Of a stretch of DNA of 63,716 nucleotides, positions 1 to 10,540 are shown in pieces; the stretch's first letter is position 1; each line of letters opens with the position of its first letter. The stretch comes from Candidatus Peregrinibacteria bacterium. Lineage in GTDB: Bacteria > Patescibacteriota > Gracilibacteria > UBA1369 > LOWO2-01-FULL-3. The notes below the pieces were generated by a model. That model saw nothing but the letters and a program-made list of their open reading frames with translations. It made no database searches and was not told where the DNA came from. The position numbers were made by a program, and so were the translations under genes. The stretch spans positions 1 to 63,716 of the forward strand of contig JACQRJ010000027.1 in the NCBI GenBank assembly GCA_016206505.1, written 5' to 3'.

Positions 1-187
1 GCCCATGAATCAGTCAACAATTCGGTAAGAAAATCACTCAATTTTCAAAAATACCTCATTGAAAAACAAGATTCGAGTTATTTTACTTCTAATTCAACAC
101 TCTCAGGGGAGCTTTGTTTTTCGAGGTGCGAATTGAGCCCATCGCTTGGCGAGGGCGAACCTGAGCAGCGAGAAAAATAAGGCTCCC

Positions 188-1960
188 CTACAGTTGAAGC
201 GAAGGCCTGATCTCAAATTCAATATTTGTGGCCAAGCTCGGCACCGTAGGTGACCAGGCCGGCCAGCTCTCGATCTCCACTTTATTGATTTCCGGAAGAT
301 TTTGAATGTAATTTTTGGCTGCTTCTATGTCTTTTCCGGCTATATGATCACGGATTTTCTCAAGCAAACGAACGCCATTTTCTTTTTCCGGATCAATAGA
401 AAACTGCTCTATGCCTTTTATATTGGCCGTAATTTTGATTTTTCCAGTCGAAGTGTTCCAGTCAAAAATTCTATAAGATGTTGATTCTTCATTGATGCGT
501 AAAAGCTCCTTTTGCGGACTTTTTTTCATCATAAGTTCCTGCTTCAAAATTTCCAGCATCCCGACGTGATCGTAATAAACCCCACTCACGGAAACTTCCC
601 CGCCGATTAGAAATTCCTTCATTTCGGCTCCGGCAGATATATTCGGCTCAAAAACACGTACTTCTGCAGTTTTTACAGCGCCTTCTCCTTCCAGCAGCAC
701 AAATGCGGTCTCATCGCCGACAAGAGTCCCTTTCTCTTTTACCGCCACCTTCAATTCATCTGTTGCCGCCTTCAAAAGTTCATCTTTGATTCTTTGCCTT
801 CCGGCTTCAATATCCTCTTCTGTCACAAAAGTAATGAAATCGGTCACTCCACCCTTCATCGGCTCGCTGCTTTCTGCGTAAATCTTCGATCTGCTGTCAT
901 CGCGCAAAGCCGGAAGAAAAAACTTGCTCGGAGAGATATTGCCCCTTTCACCGACAATTCCACCTGTAGCATCAACTATATCGGCCACAACAAATGCTGT
1001 AAGTTTCCCCGGACCGGTACTCGAAGCCTTTGGCACCGTCACCGAACTTGTGATTCTGAAAACCAAACCTTCGGCGGTCTGAAAACGTGTCTGCGCAATC
1101 AGCGGCCATTCGCTCGTTGCGGTATTGATAATTGTGATTTTTCCGCTTGCGTTTGCCCCTCTTTCCGAAAATTTCTTGCCCGTTGCAAAATGGGTTATTT
1201 CTTTTTTAACTGCTGTTGAAATGTTATAACTGGCAATCATATGAGAGGGAGTGGTTGTAAGCTCTGCGCGGTTTTTTTCATAGTCGGCCAATGTAATATT
1301 TACGGATTTTTCCAAAACGCTGGCCGAAGGCGTCAAATAAACGGTAGCTCCCGGCAAGGCGATATAAATAATAGTCAACAAAATCATTAAGCTGCCTACA
1401 ATAAGCCCAATCAGGGCATGTCTGTTCGGTGAAATAATTACAAATTTCGGTTTTTCCGGTTTTTTCTTTTCAGGATCTTTCTTGATTTTCTCTATATCCA
1501 AAGCCGATTTTCTGCCCTTTTTGCTGCCAAGAATCTGGCTGATGGAAAGTTTTTTTTCCTTTAGCCTTGTCGGTGCATCATCTTCTACTGAATTCACGCT
1601 TGCCTTGAGCGGTGTGATTTTCAACTTTTCATCTTCTTCGGTGGAAAAAAGTGCGGGCTTGCCCTCTGAATTTGCCTTGTTATAAACAGGAACGCCGATC
1701 CTTTGTGCGAGATAAATTCCATTTTTGTCATTTGTGACAAGATAGATTTTTTTACCTTCATCTTCAGCTTTTCGCTTCAGAATTTTTAAGTTAACGACGC
1801 TTTGAAACAAAATCGCTCTTTTTGGTACAACGATATAAACATCTTTGGCCATTACCGGTCGGATGCGATCAAAAATTTCACTGATCTCATCATCAATTTC
1901 CGCATAAATAACCTTCTTTTTTGGAATTATCTCCGCTTCTGATTTTTTTTCCGCAGTCAT
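188..1960 (-). CDS. Hypothetical single-pass membrane protein with an N-terminal cytoplasmic domain, one TM and a ~385-aa external domain; co-transcribed with ftsA
   Basis: 590-aa ORF. Its start abuts the ftsA stop (1960/1961). One hydrophobic helix, LIGLIVGSLMILLTIIYIALP. I recognise no family motif. Confidence 0.6.
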   Translation of the reverse strand: MTAEKKSEAEIIPKKKVIYAEIDDEISEIFDRIRPVMAKDVYIVVPKRAILFQSVVNLKILKRKAEDEGKKIYLVTNDKNGIYLAQRIGVPVYNKANSEGKPALFSTEEDEKLKITPLKASVNSVEDDAPTRLKEKKLSISQILGSKKGRKSALDIEKIKKDPEKKKPEKPKFVIISPNRHALIGLIVGSLMILLTIIYIALPGATVYLTPSASVLEKSVNITLADYEKNRAELTTTPSHMIASYNISTAVKKEITHFATGKKFSERGANASGKITIINTATSEWPLIAQTRFQTAEGLVFRITSSVTVPKASSTGPGKLTAFVVADIVDATGGIVGERGNISPSKFFLPALRDDSRSKIYAESSEPMKGGVTDFITFVTEEDIEAGRQRIKDELLKAATDELKVAVKEKGTLVGDETAFVLLEGEGAVKTAEVRVFEPNISAGAEMKEFLIGGEVSVSGVYYDHVGMLEILKQELMMKKSPQKELLRINEESTSYRIFDWNTSTGKIKITANIKGIEQFSIDPEKENGVRLLEKIRDHIAGKDIEAAKNYIQNLPEINKVEIESWPAWSPTVPSLATNIEFEIRPSLQL

Positions 1961-3235
1961 TTAAATCTGCATTAAACGAACTACTTTTTTTAAGACCTTG
2001 GAAAGCAGCTGTTCCTCGGCGATAAAAGTGAGTCCAAGGTTTGCCAGAGCAAGCGGCACAATATCCTGCTGATCCTTTAACAGGCGCGTATTATCGACAA
2101 GATTGCTCACCATTTTCGGATGAATAAAGGAAACCTGCGGTTTTTTGCTGAACGGCAGGGACTTGATCCATTCGCGGGTTTCCAGTGCTTCTTTTATTTC
2201 CGGAAGATTACTGGCCGCTCCCGAAAGCAATATTTTGGAAGGAAAACTGTCCAATCCTTCAAAATCTTCCAGTGTCAAAACAACGCCGGAAAGCCAAACA
2301 TCACTATCAATTTTCATCGCTTCCCGCACAATTCTGTTTGATTGCCTTTCCAGATTGTCATTGCTGTATTCCAGCTTTATTTCTTCCGCTTCCTGAAATG
2401 AAATATTCAATGATTGCGCAAGCCGCTTGGTGAAAGTATGTCCGCCCAAAGTAAACATTTTTGTGCCTTCAACCGTGCCATCTCTGACCACGGCTACGTC
2501 GGTAGTTCCCGCTCCCACATCAATAAAAATCGCACTGAAATTGCCTCCGTCTTCATAGCTCAGACAGCGCGTCAACGCATAAGGTTCCGTCGCAATCGCC
2601 AAAAGTTCGCGATCGATCTCCGCCGCAATCGTCTGCAAAGCCCCATAATGTACGAGTGGCGCAAAAGCGTTAAAAATGCTCAAAGTGACTTCTTTTCCCT
2701 GAAAACCAATCGGATTGTTTACTTTGTATCCGTCGATTCGCACATCCACAATCGCTGCATTTACCAGCTTTACATCTATTTCGCTGTACCCCGTTTCATA
2801 AGCCAGCTGTGCTCTGACCTGATCAAAAGCTCTCCATTGAACTTTATGTACGATATTTTTCAATTCGGATAAATCAATCTTATTACTGGCATCGCGCCTC
2901 ACATAACTCGTTGTGCTTGTTGCTCCTTTCACCAGTTCTCCCGCGATCCCCAAAATCATTTTTTTCGTTGAAACTCCCGCCATATTTTCCGCATCCTTGA
3001 TTGCGCTATGACAATTGGCAATAACCGAAGCAATATCCGTAACCACGCCACTTTGCATATCCCCAAGTTTTTGTTTCTTTTTGCCTATGCCCAAAACCTT
3101 GCCTTTTTCCCCTTCCGCTTCGCAGACCAAAGCTTTAACGCAATCGGTTCCGATATCCAATGCCAGGAAGTACGCATCGGAAGCCCTCTTTTTTAGTCTT
3201 CTAAAAATTCTCATAAGCCGAGCAAGTATAGGCAA
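1961..3235 (-). CDS. ftsA: Cell division protein FtsA (actin-like ATPase)
   Basis: Actin-fold phosphate motifs LALDIGTDCVKALV and IFIDVGAGTTDVAVV. The C-terminal amphipathic helix LLSKVLKKVVRLMQI is typical of the FtsA membrane-targeting sequence. Confidence 0.8.
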   Translation of the reverse strand: MPILARLMRIFRRLKKRASDAYFLALDIGTDCVKALVCEAEGEKGKVLGIGKKKQKLGDMQSGVVTDIASVIANCHSAIKDAENMAGVSTKKMILGIAGELVKGATSTTSYVRRDASNKIDLSELKNIVHKVQWRAFDQVRAQLAYETGYSEIDVKLVNAAIVDVRIDGYKVNNPIGFQGKEVTLSIFNAFAPLVHYGALQTIAAEIDRELLAIATEPYALTRCLSYEDGGNFSAIFIDVGAGTTDVAVVRDGTVEGTKMFTLGGHTFTKRLAQSLNISFQEAEEIKLEYSNDNLERQSNRIVREAMKIDSDVWLSGVVLTLEDFEGLDSFPSKILLSGAASNLPEIKEALETREWIKSLPFSKKPQVSFIHPKMVSNLVDNTRLLKDQQDIVPLALANLGLTFIAEEQLLSKVLKKVVRLMQI

Positions 3236-3434
3236 AGGGACTTATGAAATCAAGTTCAAGGGCATGCAACAAATTAATTCAAACTATTTTCCCTTAACGT
3301 AGTCAATTCTGTGAGAAAAAATCTGCAAATAAATACATAAATAAATAAAGATCAAGCAATTTTCCACGAAAAAGGCTTGAAATAAAGCTGAAAAAGATTT
3401 AGATTTCCGCAAACTTTATAAAAACTACGAAAAT

Positions 3435-5831
3435 ATGAGCACGAAATTCAAAGTTGCAGTGCTGTGCGGCGGCCCTTCGCTTGAAAGAGGCATTTCTTTA
3501 AATTCCGCCCGCTCCGTGATGGATCACCTCCAGTCTGAGCAAATTGAAATCGTCCCGATTTACTTCGATCATTTCAAAAATCCTTATCGCATTTCCAGAT
3601 CGCAGCTTTATTCCAATACTCCTTCCGATTTTGATTTTAAGTTGATGGCCACTTCAAAGCCGCTCAAGAATGCCGCTTTTGAAAAATTGCTAAAAGGAGT
3701 TGATCTGGCTTTTCCTGTAATGCATGGTGCTTTTGGTGAAGATGGGGAGATTCAGGGCATTTTGGAAAAATTTGCCGTCCCATATGTCGGTTCCGAAAAA
3801 GAAGCGTGCAGAATTTGTTTTGATAAATATCGCGCAAACGAATTTATCAGGAAACATGGTTTCCATACGCTGCCTTCCACTGTTTTAAAAATTCACGAAC
3901 CGGACGAATTTTTGCATATTCTCACGAAATTCTTCACCGCTCATAAACTCAAAAGAGCAATAGTAAAGCCTGCAACCGGAGGATCTTCTATCGGAGTTTA
4001 TTCTGTAAATAATGTTGATGAAGCAATCAAGGCGGCCAATAACATCTTCAAAAAGCGCATCGATACCCGTGTTGTTGTTGAACCTTTTGCCGATGGTATC
4101 GAATTTACAGTTATCATTCTCCAAAACCGTTTTGGCCTTCCTGTAGCGCTTTTTCCTACAGAAATAGAAACGGATTATGCGGAAAATCAGATTTTTGATT
4201 TTCGCAAAAAATATCTCGCCACCAGACAAGTCACTTATCATTGTCCTCCGCGCTTTTCAGCGGATATTACCGAAGCTATCCAGATTCAGGCCAAACAGCT
4301 TTTTAAGCTCTTAAACATGCGTGATTTTGCCCGTTTTGATGGCTGGCTCTTCCGGGATGGCAAAAAGGGCTTTAAAATCTGGTTTTCCGATTTCAATCCG
4401 ATCAGCGGCATGGAGCAAAATAGTTTTCTTTTTCTCCAATCGGCGCAAGTAGGATTCAGTCACGGAGATTTGCTGAATTTTATTTTACGCAATGCTGCCG
4501 CCCGCAGCGGTCTGACTTTCCCTGAAAAACCCTTAGACGGTTTTCAGCACTTCCGCAAAAAAGATATCAATGTCCTCTTTGGCGGAAGCACTTCCGAACG
4601 TCAGGTTTCCATAATGAGCGGCACCAATGCCTGGCTGAAACTGCGCAAATCAAAAAAATACCGACCTCATCCGTATCTTCTCGATCTCGATGATAAGACA
4701 GTCTGGCGCTTGCCTTATTCCAAAACGCTGAATCATACTGTCGAGGAAATTTCCGCAAACTGTCACGCTGCAAAAAAGGCCGAAAAAATTCTTGGACCGA
4801 TAAGAAAACTCCTTTTACAGGAAATCGGCGCTTTACCTGGACATTTAAATGAGGAGCTTTTTATTCCCGAAAAAATGACTTTAACCGATTTTTTGAAAAA
4901 TTCCCCCTATGTCTTTATCGGATTGCACGGAGGGATAGGGGAGGATGGCACTTTGCAAAAAATGCTGGAAAAAATGCATAAGCCATTTAATGGCTCAGAT
5001 TCGAAGGCCTCGGCTCTTTGCATGGATAAATATTTGACCATTCAGGCTCTGAAAGATTTGGATGGACAGGGAATCTATGTGCCGCGCCAGTCGCTTGTCA
5101 TCGTTGCTGATCTTTTGAAATTAAAAAACAACGCATTGAAAGATTTTTGGCAAAATTTGATGCTGCATTTGAATTGTAAAAAAATAGTTGTTAAGCCCCG
5201 GGCCGACGGCTGTTCCACCGGCATTATGAAGCTTAATTCTTTCAAAGATTTGGCCATTTATCTCGATATAATTCGCAAAAAATTGCCTCACATTCCAAAA
5301 AATACCTTCAAAGATCAGGCCGGAATCATCGAAATGCCTCATATCCCGCCAAAAGATTTGATTTTTGAACAATTCATCACTACCGACAAAGTTCGCATCA
5401 TAAAAAACAAACTTAAATGGCAGAAAAATTCCGGCTGGATCGAAATTACGATGGGCCTGATCGGCAAAGAAAATCAGATGCAAGCTCTAAATCCGAGTTT
5501 GACCGTAGCTTTGGGCGATGTTTTGAGTGTTGAAGAAAAATTCCAGGGCGGAACAGGCGTAAATATCACGCCGCCGCCACAGCCCTATGTGAAGCAAAAA
5601 GCCATAGATATGGCAAAAAAACGCATGGAAATTGTGGCCAAAAAAGTAGAACTAAAAAACTACGCCCGCGTCGATGCCTTCATGGAAACCCAAACCGGCG
5701 AAATCATCATCATCGAAGTCAATACCACTCCCGCATTGACTCCATCAACCGTCCTTTATCATCAGGCTTTGACAGAGCCTACGCCAATCTATCCGACGGA
5801 ACTTTTGGAACAGATCATTGAAAATTCTTGA
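3435..5831 (+). CDS. ddl: Tandem fusion of two D-alanine--D-alanine ligase (ATP-grasp) units
   Basis: 798 aa. The N half starts KVAVLCGGPSLERGISLNSA and carries HGAFGEDGEIQGILE and KPATGGSSIG. The C half restarts INVLFGGSTSERQVSIMSG and carries HGGIGEDGTLQKMLE, KPRADGCSTG and EVNTTPALTPSTV. Confidence 0.85.
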   Translation: MSTKFKVAVLCGGPSLERGISLNSARSVMDHLQSEQIEIVPIYFDHFKNPYRISRSQLYSNTPSDFDFKLMATSKPLKNAAFEKLLKGVDLAFPVMHGAFGEDGEIQGILEKFAVPYVGSEKEACRICFDKYRANEFIRKHGFHTLPSTVLKIHEPDEFLHILTKFFTAHKLKRAIVKPATGGSSIGVYSVNNVDEAIKAANNIFKKRIDTRVVVEPFADGIEFTVIILQNRFGLPVALFPTEIETDYAENQIFDFRKKYLATRQVTYHCPPRFSADITEAIQIQAKQLFKLLNMRDFARFDGWLFRDGKKGFKIWFSDFNPISGMEQNSFLFLQSAQVGFSHGDLLNFILRNAAARSGLTFPEKPLDGFQHFRKKDINVLFGGSTSERQVSIMSGTNAWLKLRKSKKYRPHPYLLDLDDKTVWRLPYSKTLNHTVEEISANCHAAKKAEKILGPIRKLLLQEIGALPGHLNEELFIPEKMTLTDFLKNSPYVFIGLHGGIGEDGTLQKMLEKMHKPFNGSDSKASALCMDKYLTIQALKDLDGQGIYVPRQSLVIVADLLKLKNNALKDFWQNLMLHLNCKKIVVKPRADGCSTGIMKLNSFKDLAIYLDIIRKKLPHIPKNTFKDQAGIIEMPHIPPKDLIFEQFITTDKVRIIKNKLKWQKNSGWIEITMGLIGKENQMQALNPSLTVALGDVLSVEEKFQGGTGVNITPPPQPYVKQKAIDMAKKRMEIVAKKVELKNYARVDAFMETQTGEIIIIEVNTTPALTPSTVLYHQALTEPTPIYPTELLEQIIENS

Positions 5832-5885
5832 AATTAGTATTATAATCTCATCCCGATTCATCTAAATCCTTAAACAAAATCAATT

Positions 5886-6572
5886 ATGGAAATGCAAAAT
5901 CAAAATCCCTACACCTCGACCTCAAAAGTCGGCATTCAGACAACCTTTTTCGGCAAAGTGATGGCTTTTTTGGCACTTGCGGTTCTGGCATCTGTCGGCG
6001 GAGTTTTTGTCGGCGCGCAATATTTGTTGGAATTCTTTTTCACCAATCCTTACATGATGTATGTGCTTTTCGGGATTGAACTCGTGTTAATTTTCACCTC
6101 CACCAAATGGAGTACAAAAGTCCCTTTAAACCGCTTCCTTTTTGCAGCTTTCGCTTTCATTACCGGCCTGACTATTGCTCCATTAATCGGCATTTTGGCG
6201 CAAACTCCGGGAGGCCTTCTAATTCTCAATAAAGCTCTGATCGCTACAGCACTGATGTTTACCGCCACTGCCCTTGTCGGCTGGACTACAAAATGGAATC
6301 TCTCAGGAATGCGAGGTTTTCTTTTTATGGCGCTTATCGGCATGATAATTGTCGGCATTATCGGCATTTTTGTTCCCTGGAGCAACACTTTTGAACTTGT
6401 ATTTTCCGGTGTCGGCGTCGCATTATTCGGCGGATTTGTTATGTACGATTTTCAGAAAATCAGACAATATCCCGAAGATCGCTATATCGACGCTGCCTTG
6501 GCAATATATTTGGATTTATTCAATCTTTTTCTTTATATTTTGCGCTTTATTTCCGCAAGCAGCCGTGATTAA
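5886..6572 (+). CDS. BAX inhibitor-1/YccA family membrane protein
   Basis: Seven hydrophobic segments. C-terminal signature AALAIYLDLFNLFLYILRF is typical of the TMBIM/YccA family. Confidence 0.8.
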   Translation: MEMQNQNPYTSTSKVGIQTTFFGKVMAFLALAVLASVGGVFVGAQYLLEFFFTNPYMMYVLFGIELVLIFTSTKWSTKVPLNRFLFAAFAFITGLTIAPLIGILAQTPGGLLILNKALIATALMFTATALVGWTTKWNLSGMRGFLFMALIGMIIVGIIGIFVPWSNTFELVFSGVGVALFGGFVMYDFQKIRQYPEDRYIDAALAIYLDLFNLFLYILRFISASSRD

Positions 6573-6575
6573 AAC

Positions 6576-7253
6576 ATGAAAAAAAATACGCAAATTGATC
6601 CGCATTTGCTCAAAGAAGTGCTGAAAAACGATGCAATGCGAGGAGGCAAGGAGCTGCCGCCTGAGCCGTATGAAGCTATACGGCGAAAAGGAAGCTCCGA
6701 AGACGACAAAGCATTGCGCGTTTTTCAGCACTTTCTCAAGTTCAAAATTTCTGAGCTTATCGAAAAGCCTATCGGCACTTCACAAGTGTATTCATTCGAT
6801 TTGCCGGTGCGATTTATCGATTTTGATGTGAAAAAGAAGCTCAAAGGCAAAGTTGAAATCATGCGCATCGAAGATGGCTTCAACGCCTGTGTCACTGATT
6901 TAAAACTCACGGTTGAATTTGCCTGTGTAAAATGTCTCCGAAAATTCAGCAAAAATATAGAAATCCCACATGCCGAACGCCAGTTTTATTTCACTCGTGA
7001 AAAAGCTCTAAATTTCGATCCATTCGACATCTATGTGGTTGATCAAAAACACATGGAAATCGATCTTTCGGAGATGTTCAGGCAGGAAATTATCTTGCAT
7101 TTCCCGGTGGATCAAGTATGCTCATCAAGCTGTAAGGGGCTTTGTGTAGCGTGCGGGATCAATAAAAACCTCAAAAAGTGCAAGTGTAAGATTCTTAAAG
7201 AGACATCACTTGACAACAAGCCGCTGAAAGCATTGAAAGAACTATTAAAGTAA
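6576..7253 (+). CDS. yceD: YceD/DUF177 family protein (large-subunit rRNA accumulation)
   Basis: Cys cluster CSSSCKGLCVACGINKN. Conserved position immediately upstream of rpmF. Confidence 0.8.
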   Translation: MKKNTQIDPHLLKEVLKNDAMRGGKELPPEPYEAIRRKGSSEDDKALRVFQHFLKFKISELIEKPIGTSQVYSFDLPVRFIDFDVKKKLKGKVEIMRIEDGFNACVTDLKLTVEFACVKCLRKFSKNIEIPHAERQFYFTREKALNFDPFDIYVVDQKHMEIDLSEMFRQEIILHFPVDQVCSSSCKGLCVACGINKNLKKCKCKILKETSLDNKPLKALKELLK

Positions 7254-7265
7254 ATTTACAAAAAT

Positions 7266-7505
7266 ATGGCTAAGCATGCAGTCCCAAAAAAGAAAACTTC
7301 AAAAGCGAGAACCAAACGCCGTTACGGCAGTTTTAAGACAAAAACTCTCACAAAATTAACCAATGCGATTCATCTGGTCACTTGTCCGCAGTGCGGCGCA
7401 AAAGCATTGAACCACACAGTTTGCAAACAGTGCGGAAAATATCGCGGCAGACAGGTTTTGAACATGAATAAGAAAGTCTCAAAAATCACCAAGATAAAAG
7501 CCTAG
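7266..7505 (+). CDS. rpmF: 50S ribosomal protein L32
   Basis: MAKHAVPKKKTSKARTKRR followed by the zinc-ribbon CPQCG...CKQCG. Confidence 0.9.
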   Translation: MAKHAVPKKKTSKARTKRRYGSFKTKTLTKLTNAIHLVTCPQCGAKALNHTVCKQCGKYRGRQVLNMNKKVSKITKIKA

Positions 7506-7508
7506 TTT

Positions 7509-7922
7509 ATGGCTAGCTATCGACACCTGGCACGAACCTGCATTATGCAAACTTTGTTTGCTGTTGAGTTTAATAAAAATAATGATCCCAAAATAACTTT
7601 AGAGGAGATTTTGGATGAATTTGCACCGAAACTGAGTGAAACCGATTTTGCTTATGAAACTCTTGAAGGAGTATTAAAGCACCGAAAAGATATTCTTGAA
7701 ATGATCGCCAATTACGCTCCGGAATGGCCTGTTGACAAGATCGCCAGGGTTGATAGGGTGATTTTGGAAATCGGCATATATGAAATCATGTATTCTGATG
7801 ATGTGCCGCCTGTTGTGGCCATAAATGAAGCCGTTGAAATCGCCAAGCATTATGGTGATAAAAACAGTCCGAAATTCATTAACGGCGTTTTAAGCAGCGT
7901 CATGAACAAAATAAAAAACTGA
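7509..7922 (+). CDS. nusB: Transcription antitermination factor NusB
   Basis: 137 aa. AINEAVEIAKHYGDKNSPKFINGVL motif. Confidence 0.85.
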   Translation: MASYRHLARTCIMQTLFAVEFNKNNDPKITLEEILDEFAPKLSETDFAYETLEGVLKHRKDILEMIANYAPEWPVDKIARVDRVILEIGIYEIMYSDDVPPVVAINEAVEIAKHYGDKNSPKFINGVLSSVMNKIKN

Positions 7923-7924
7923 AC

Positions 7925-8620
7925 ATGGAAACAGATTACACAGAATTGGAAAAAATCATCGGTTTGCAGATAAAGGATAGAGAACTGCTGAAGTTGGCAT
8001 TTATTCACAAATCATATTTGAACGAACATAAAGAAGATCGACCCAGGGACAATGAGCGTCTGGAGTTTTTGGGTGATGCGGTTTTGGAATTAATTGCTAC
8101 CAAACATCTCTATACAACCTGCCCGGACAAAACAGAGGGCGAGATGACGGCTTTTCGCTCGGCTCTGGTAAAAGGCAAAAATTTGGCCGGAATTGCGGAT
8201 AAACTGTCTCTTGGAAAATATCTTTTTTTAAGTCACGGCGAAGAAAAATCCGGCGGCCGCAAGAAAAATTATATTCTGGCCAATACCCTGGAAGCCCTCA
8301 TTGGTGCGATCTATCTCGGCAACGGGCATGAGGATGCTGAAAAATTCATTGAAAAATTTATCCTTACCAAGCTCGACGAAATCATTCAAAACGAGTTACA
8401 CATCGATTCTAAATCACGTTTTCAGGAAATTTGTCAGGAGAAGGAAGAGGTGACTCCTCATTATGAAATCATCAGTGAAGAAGGACCGGATCATAACAAG
8501 ATTTTCACTATGGGCGCTTATATTGGCGACCAATTGATTGGAAAGGGAAAGGGCTCCAGTAAGCAGAAAGCCGAAGATATGGCCGCCGAAAACGCTTTAA
8601 AAAACAAAGGATGGATTTGA
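7925..8620 (+). CDS. rnc: Ribonuclease III
   Basis: RNase III signature ERLEFLGDAVLEL. C-terminal dsRBD (KGSSKQKAEDMAAENAL). Confidence 0.9.
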   Translation: METDYTELEKIIGLQIKDRELLKLAFIHKSYLNEHKEDRPRDNERLEFLGDAVLELIATKHLYTTCPDKTEGEMTAFRSALVKGKNLAGIADKLSLGKYLFLSHGEEKSGGRKKNYILANTLEALIGAIYLGNGHEDAEKFIEKFILTKLDEIIQNELHIDSKSRFQEICQEKEEVTPHYEIISEEGPDHNKIFTMGAYIGDQLIGKGKGSSKQKAEDMAAENALKNKGWI

Positions 8621-9042
8621 GTGGATCAAAAAAGGCCATGGATGAGATATCTGCAGGAATCGTGCTTTTCTACGAGAGAAAAGGAGAAAAATTTTATTTG
8701 CTCTTAAAATACCCCGGAAGCCATTTTGATTTCCCAAAAGGACATTTGGAAAAAGGGGAGACAGAGCTTGCTGCAGCAATAAGGGAACTTGAAGAAGAAA
8801 CCGGCATTTCTGGCATAGAAATTCTCAAGCCTTTCAGGGAAGAAATCTATTATACTTATGAGCACAACGGAAAACTTTCCAACAAAATGGTGAGTTTTTT
8901 TCTTGCCAAAACTTCCAAAAAAAGTGTCACTTTGTCCCACGAACATCATGATTTTGTCTGGCTTCCATACGAAAAAGCTCATTCAAAAATAACCTACGAC
9001 AACTCACGCAAAGTCTTGGAAAAAGCACATGAATTTTGCTAG
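8611..9042 (+). CDS. NUDIX hydrolase
   Basis: Nudix box GHLEKGETELAAAIRELEEETGI. Confidence 0.8.
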   Translation: MDLSGSKKAMDEISAGIVLFYERKGEKFYLLLKYPGSHFDFPKGHLEKGETELAAAIRELEEETGISGIEILKPFREEIYYTYEHNGKLSNKMVSFFLAKTSKKSVTLSHEHHDFVWLPYEKAHSKITYDNSRKVLEKAHEFC

Positions 9043-10540
9043 AATCTTTTGCATGAAGATCAGTCTGCAGCAAAGGCTCAAAAGTAAAGATGGCGTTCTT
9101 GTAGTGCCGCTATTTGAGAATCAGCTCAAAGATTTATCGCAAAATTTACCTGCTAAAATTCGGGAATTTATCGGGAAAGTTCACAAAAATAAAGCTTTCA
9201 AAGGCGCAAAAAATGAGATGCTGCTAACGTATTTTGGAGATAAAGGTTTGCCTCCAAGACTGCTTTTATTGGGTCTTGGCAAAAGTCCTGCTTTGAGTGT
9301 GAAATCGATATTAAATTGTGCCGGTATGCTCGGCAAAAAATTGAAAAGTGGAAAAATTGCCGAATTGAATATACTGCTGCCTCAAGAGCTTTATGTCGGC
9401 CTTGAGCATTTTTTGATCGCCCTGATCCAAAGCCAATACGACACAGGTAAATTGAAGAAGATCAATAAAAGCAAACATCCGCATGATTTGCAGAAAGTGA
9501 ATTTCATTATCGACAAGATTTCGAGAGTTTCGGAAAAAGAACTTGAGGCAAAAATAGAGAAAGCGCAGTACATCGGCAGCTCTTTGGAATTTGTAAAAGA
9601 TCTGGTAAACAGGCCCTCAAATTATGTGCATGGAGAATCTATGGCTCAAAATGCTTACAAAATTGCCAAGGAAAATTATTATAAAATTGGCGTTTTTGGA
9701 AATAAAGAATTGAAGAAAATGGGTTTCGGCGGACTTTTGGCTGTCAATCAGGGGGCGCATAATGAAGCCAAATGTATTGTCCTGCAGTATCACGGTGCGC
9801 CCAAGAAAAATGAACCGCCGATTGCTCTGATCGGTAAAGGCATAATTTTCGATACCGGCGGATACAATATGAAAATGAATAAGAAAATGGATGAAATGCA
9901 TCAGGATATGGCCGGTGGAGCGACAGTTTTGGGTATTTTTCGGATTCTGAAGGATCTTGAGATCAAAAAAAATGTGATCGGTATCATTCCGATCGCGGAA
10001 AATCTGGTTTCCGACAAAGCTTATCGGCCATCGGATATCATCACCATGCTTTCCGGGCACACTGTGGAAATTACCAATACCGATGCCGAGGGAAGAATTG
10101 TTTTGGCCGATGCTATTACTTACGCTCTCGAATTCAAACCTCAGGCATTGATAACCATCGCTACTTTGACAGGCGCCGCCGGAATTGCGGTTGGCAATCG
10201 ATATGCCGGTCTGCTTGGCAATGATCCGATATTACGCAATAAAATTAAAAACGCCGGAAAAGAAACTGATGATCGTGGTTGGAGTTTGCCTTTGCCGAAA
10301 GATTATATAGAAAAAATGAAGAGCAAAGTTGCCGATCTGCGCAATTATGATGTAGGCAGCAGCCACTATGCGGGAGCTTCAAAAGGAGCGGCTTTCCTTT
10401 CCTATTTTGTCGGCAAAACTCCATGGTGTCACATCGATATCGGCGGCACGGCTTTTACCGAAGATCCAAAACCGTATCAGACTCACGGCGCCACCGGACA
10501 TGGTTTCTTGATGCTATTGAAGTTTTTAGAACAGACATGA
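9029..10540 (+). CDS. pepA: Leucyl aminopeptidase (M17)
   Basis: M17 signature NTDAEGRIVLADAI and the metal-ligand region GKGIIFDTGGYNMK. The true start may be the internal MKISLQ near 9053. Confidence 0.9.
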   Translation: MNFARIFCMKISLQQRLKSKDGVLVVPLFENQLKDLSQNLPAKIREFIGKVHKNKAFKGAKNEMLLTYFGDKGLPPRLLLLGLGKSPALSVKSILNCAGMLGKKLKSGKIAELNILLPQELYVGLEHFLIALIQSQYDTGKLKKINKSKHPHDLQKVNFIIDKISRVSEKELEAKIEKAQYIGSSLEFVKDLVNRPSNYVHGESMAQNAYKIAKENYYKIGVFGNKELKKMGFGGLLAVNQGAHNEAKCIVLQYHGAPKKNEPPIALIGKGIIFDTGGYNMKMNKKMDEMHQDMAGGATVLGIFRILKDLEIKKNVIGIIPIAENLVSDKAYRPSDIITMLSGHTVEITNTDAEGRIVLADAITYALEFKPQALITIATLTGAAGIAVGNRYAGLLGNDPILRNKIKNAGKETDDRGWSLPLPKDYIEKMKSKVADLRNYDVGSSHYAGASKGAAFLSYFVGKTPWCHIDIGGTAFTEDPKPYQTHGATGHGFLMLLKFLEQT

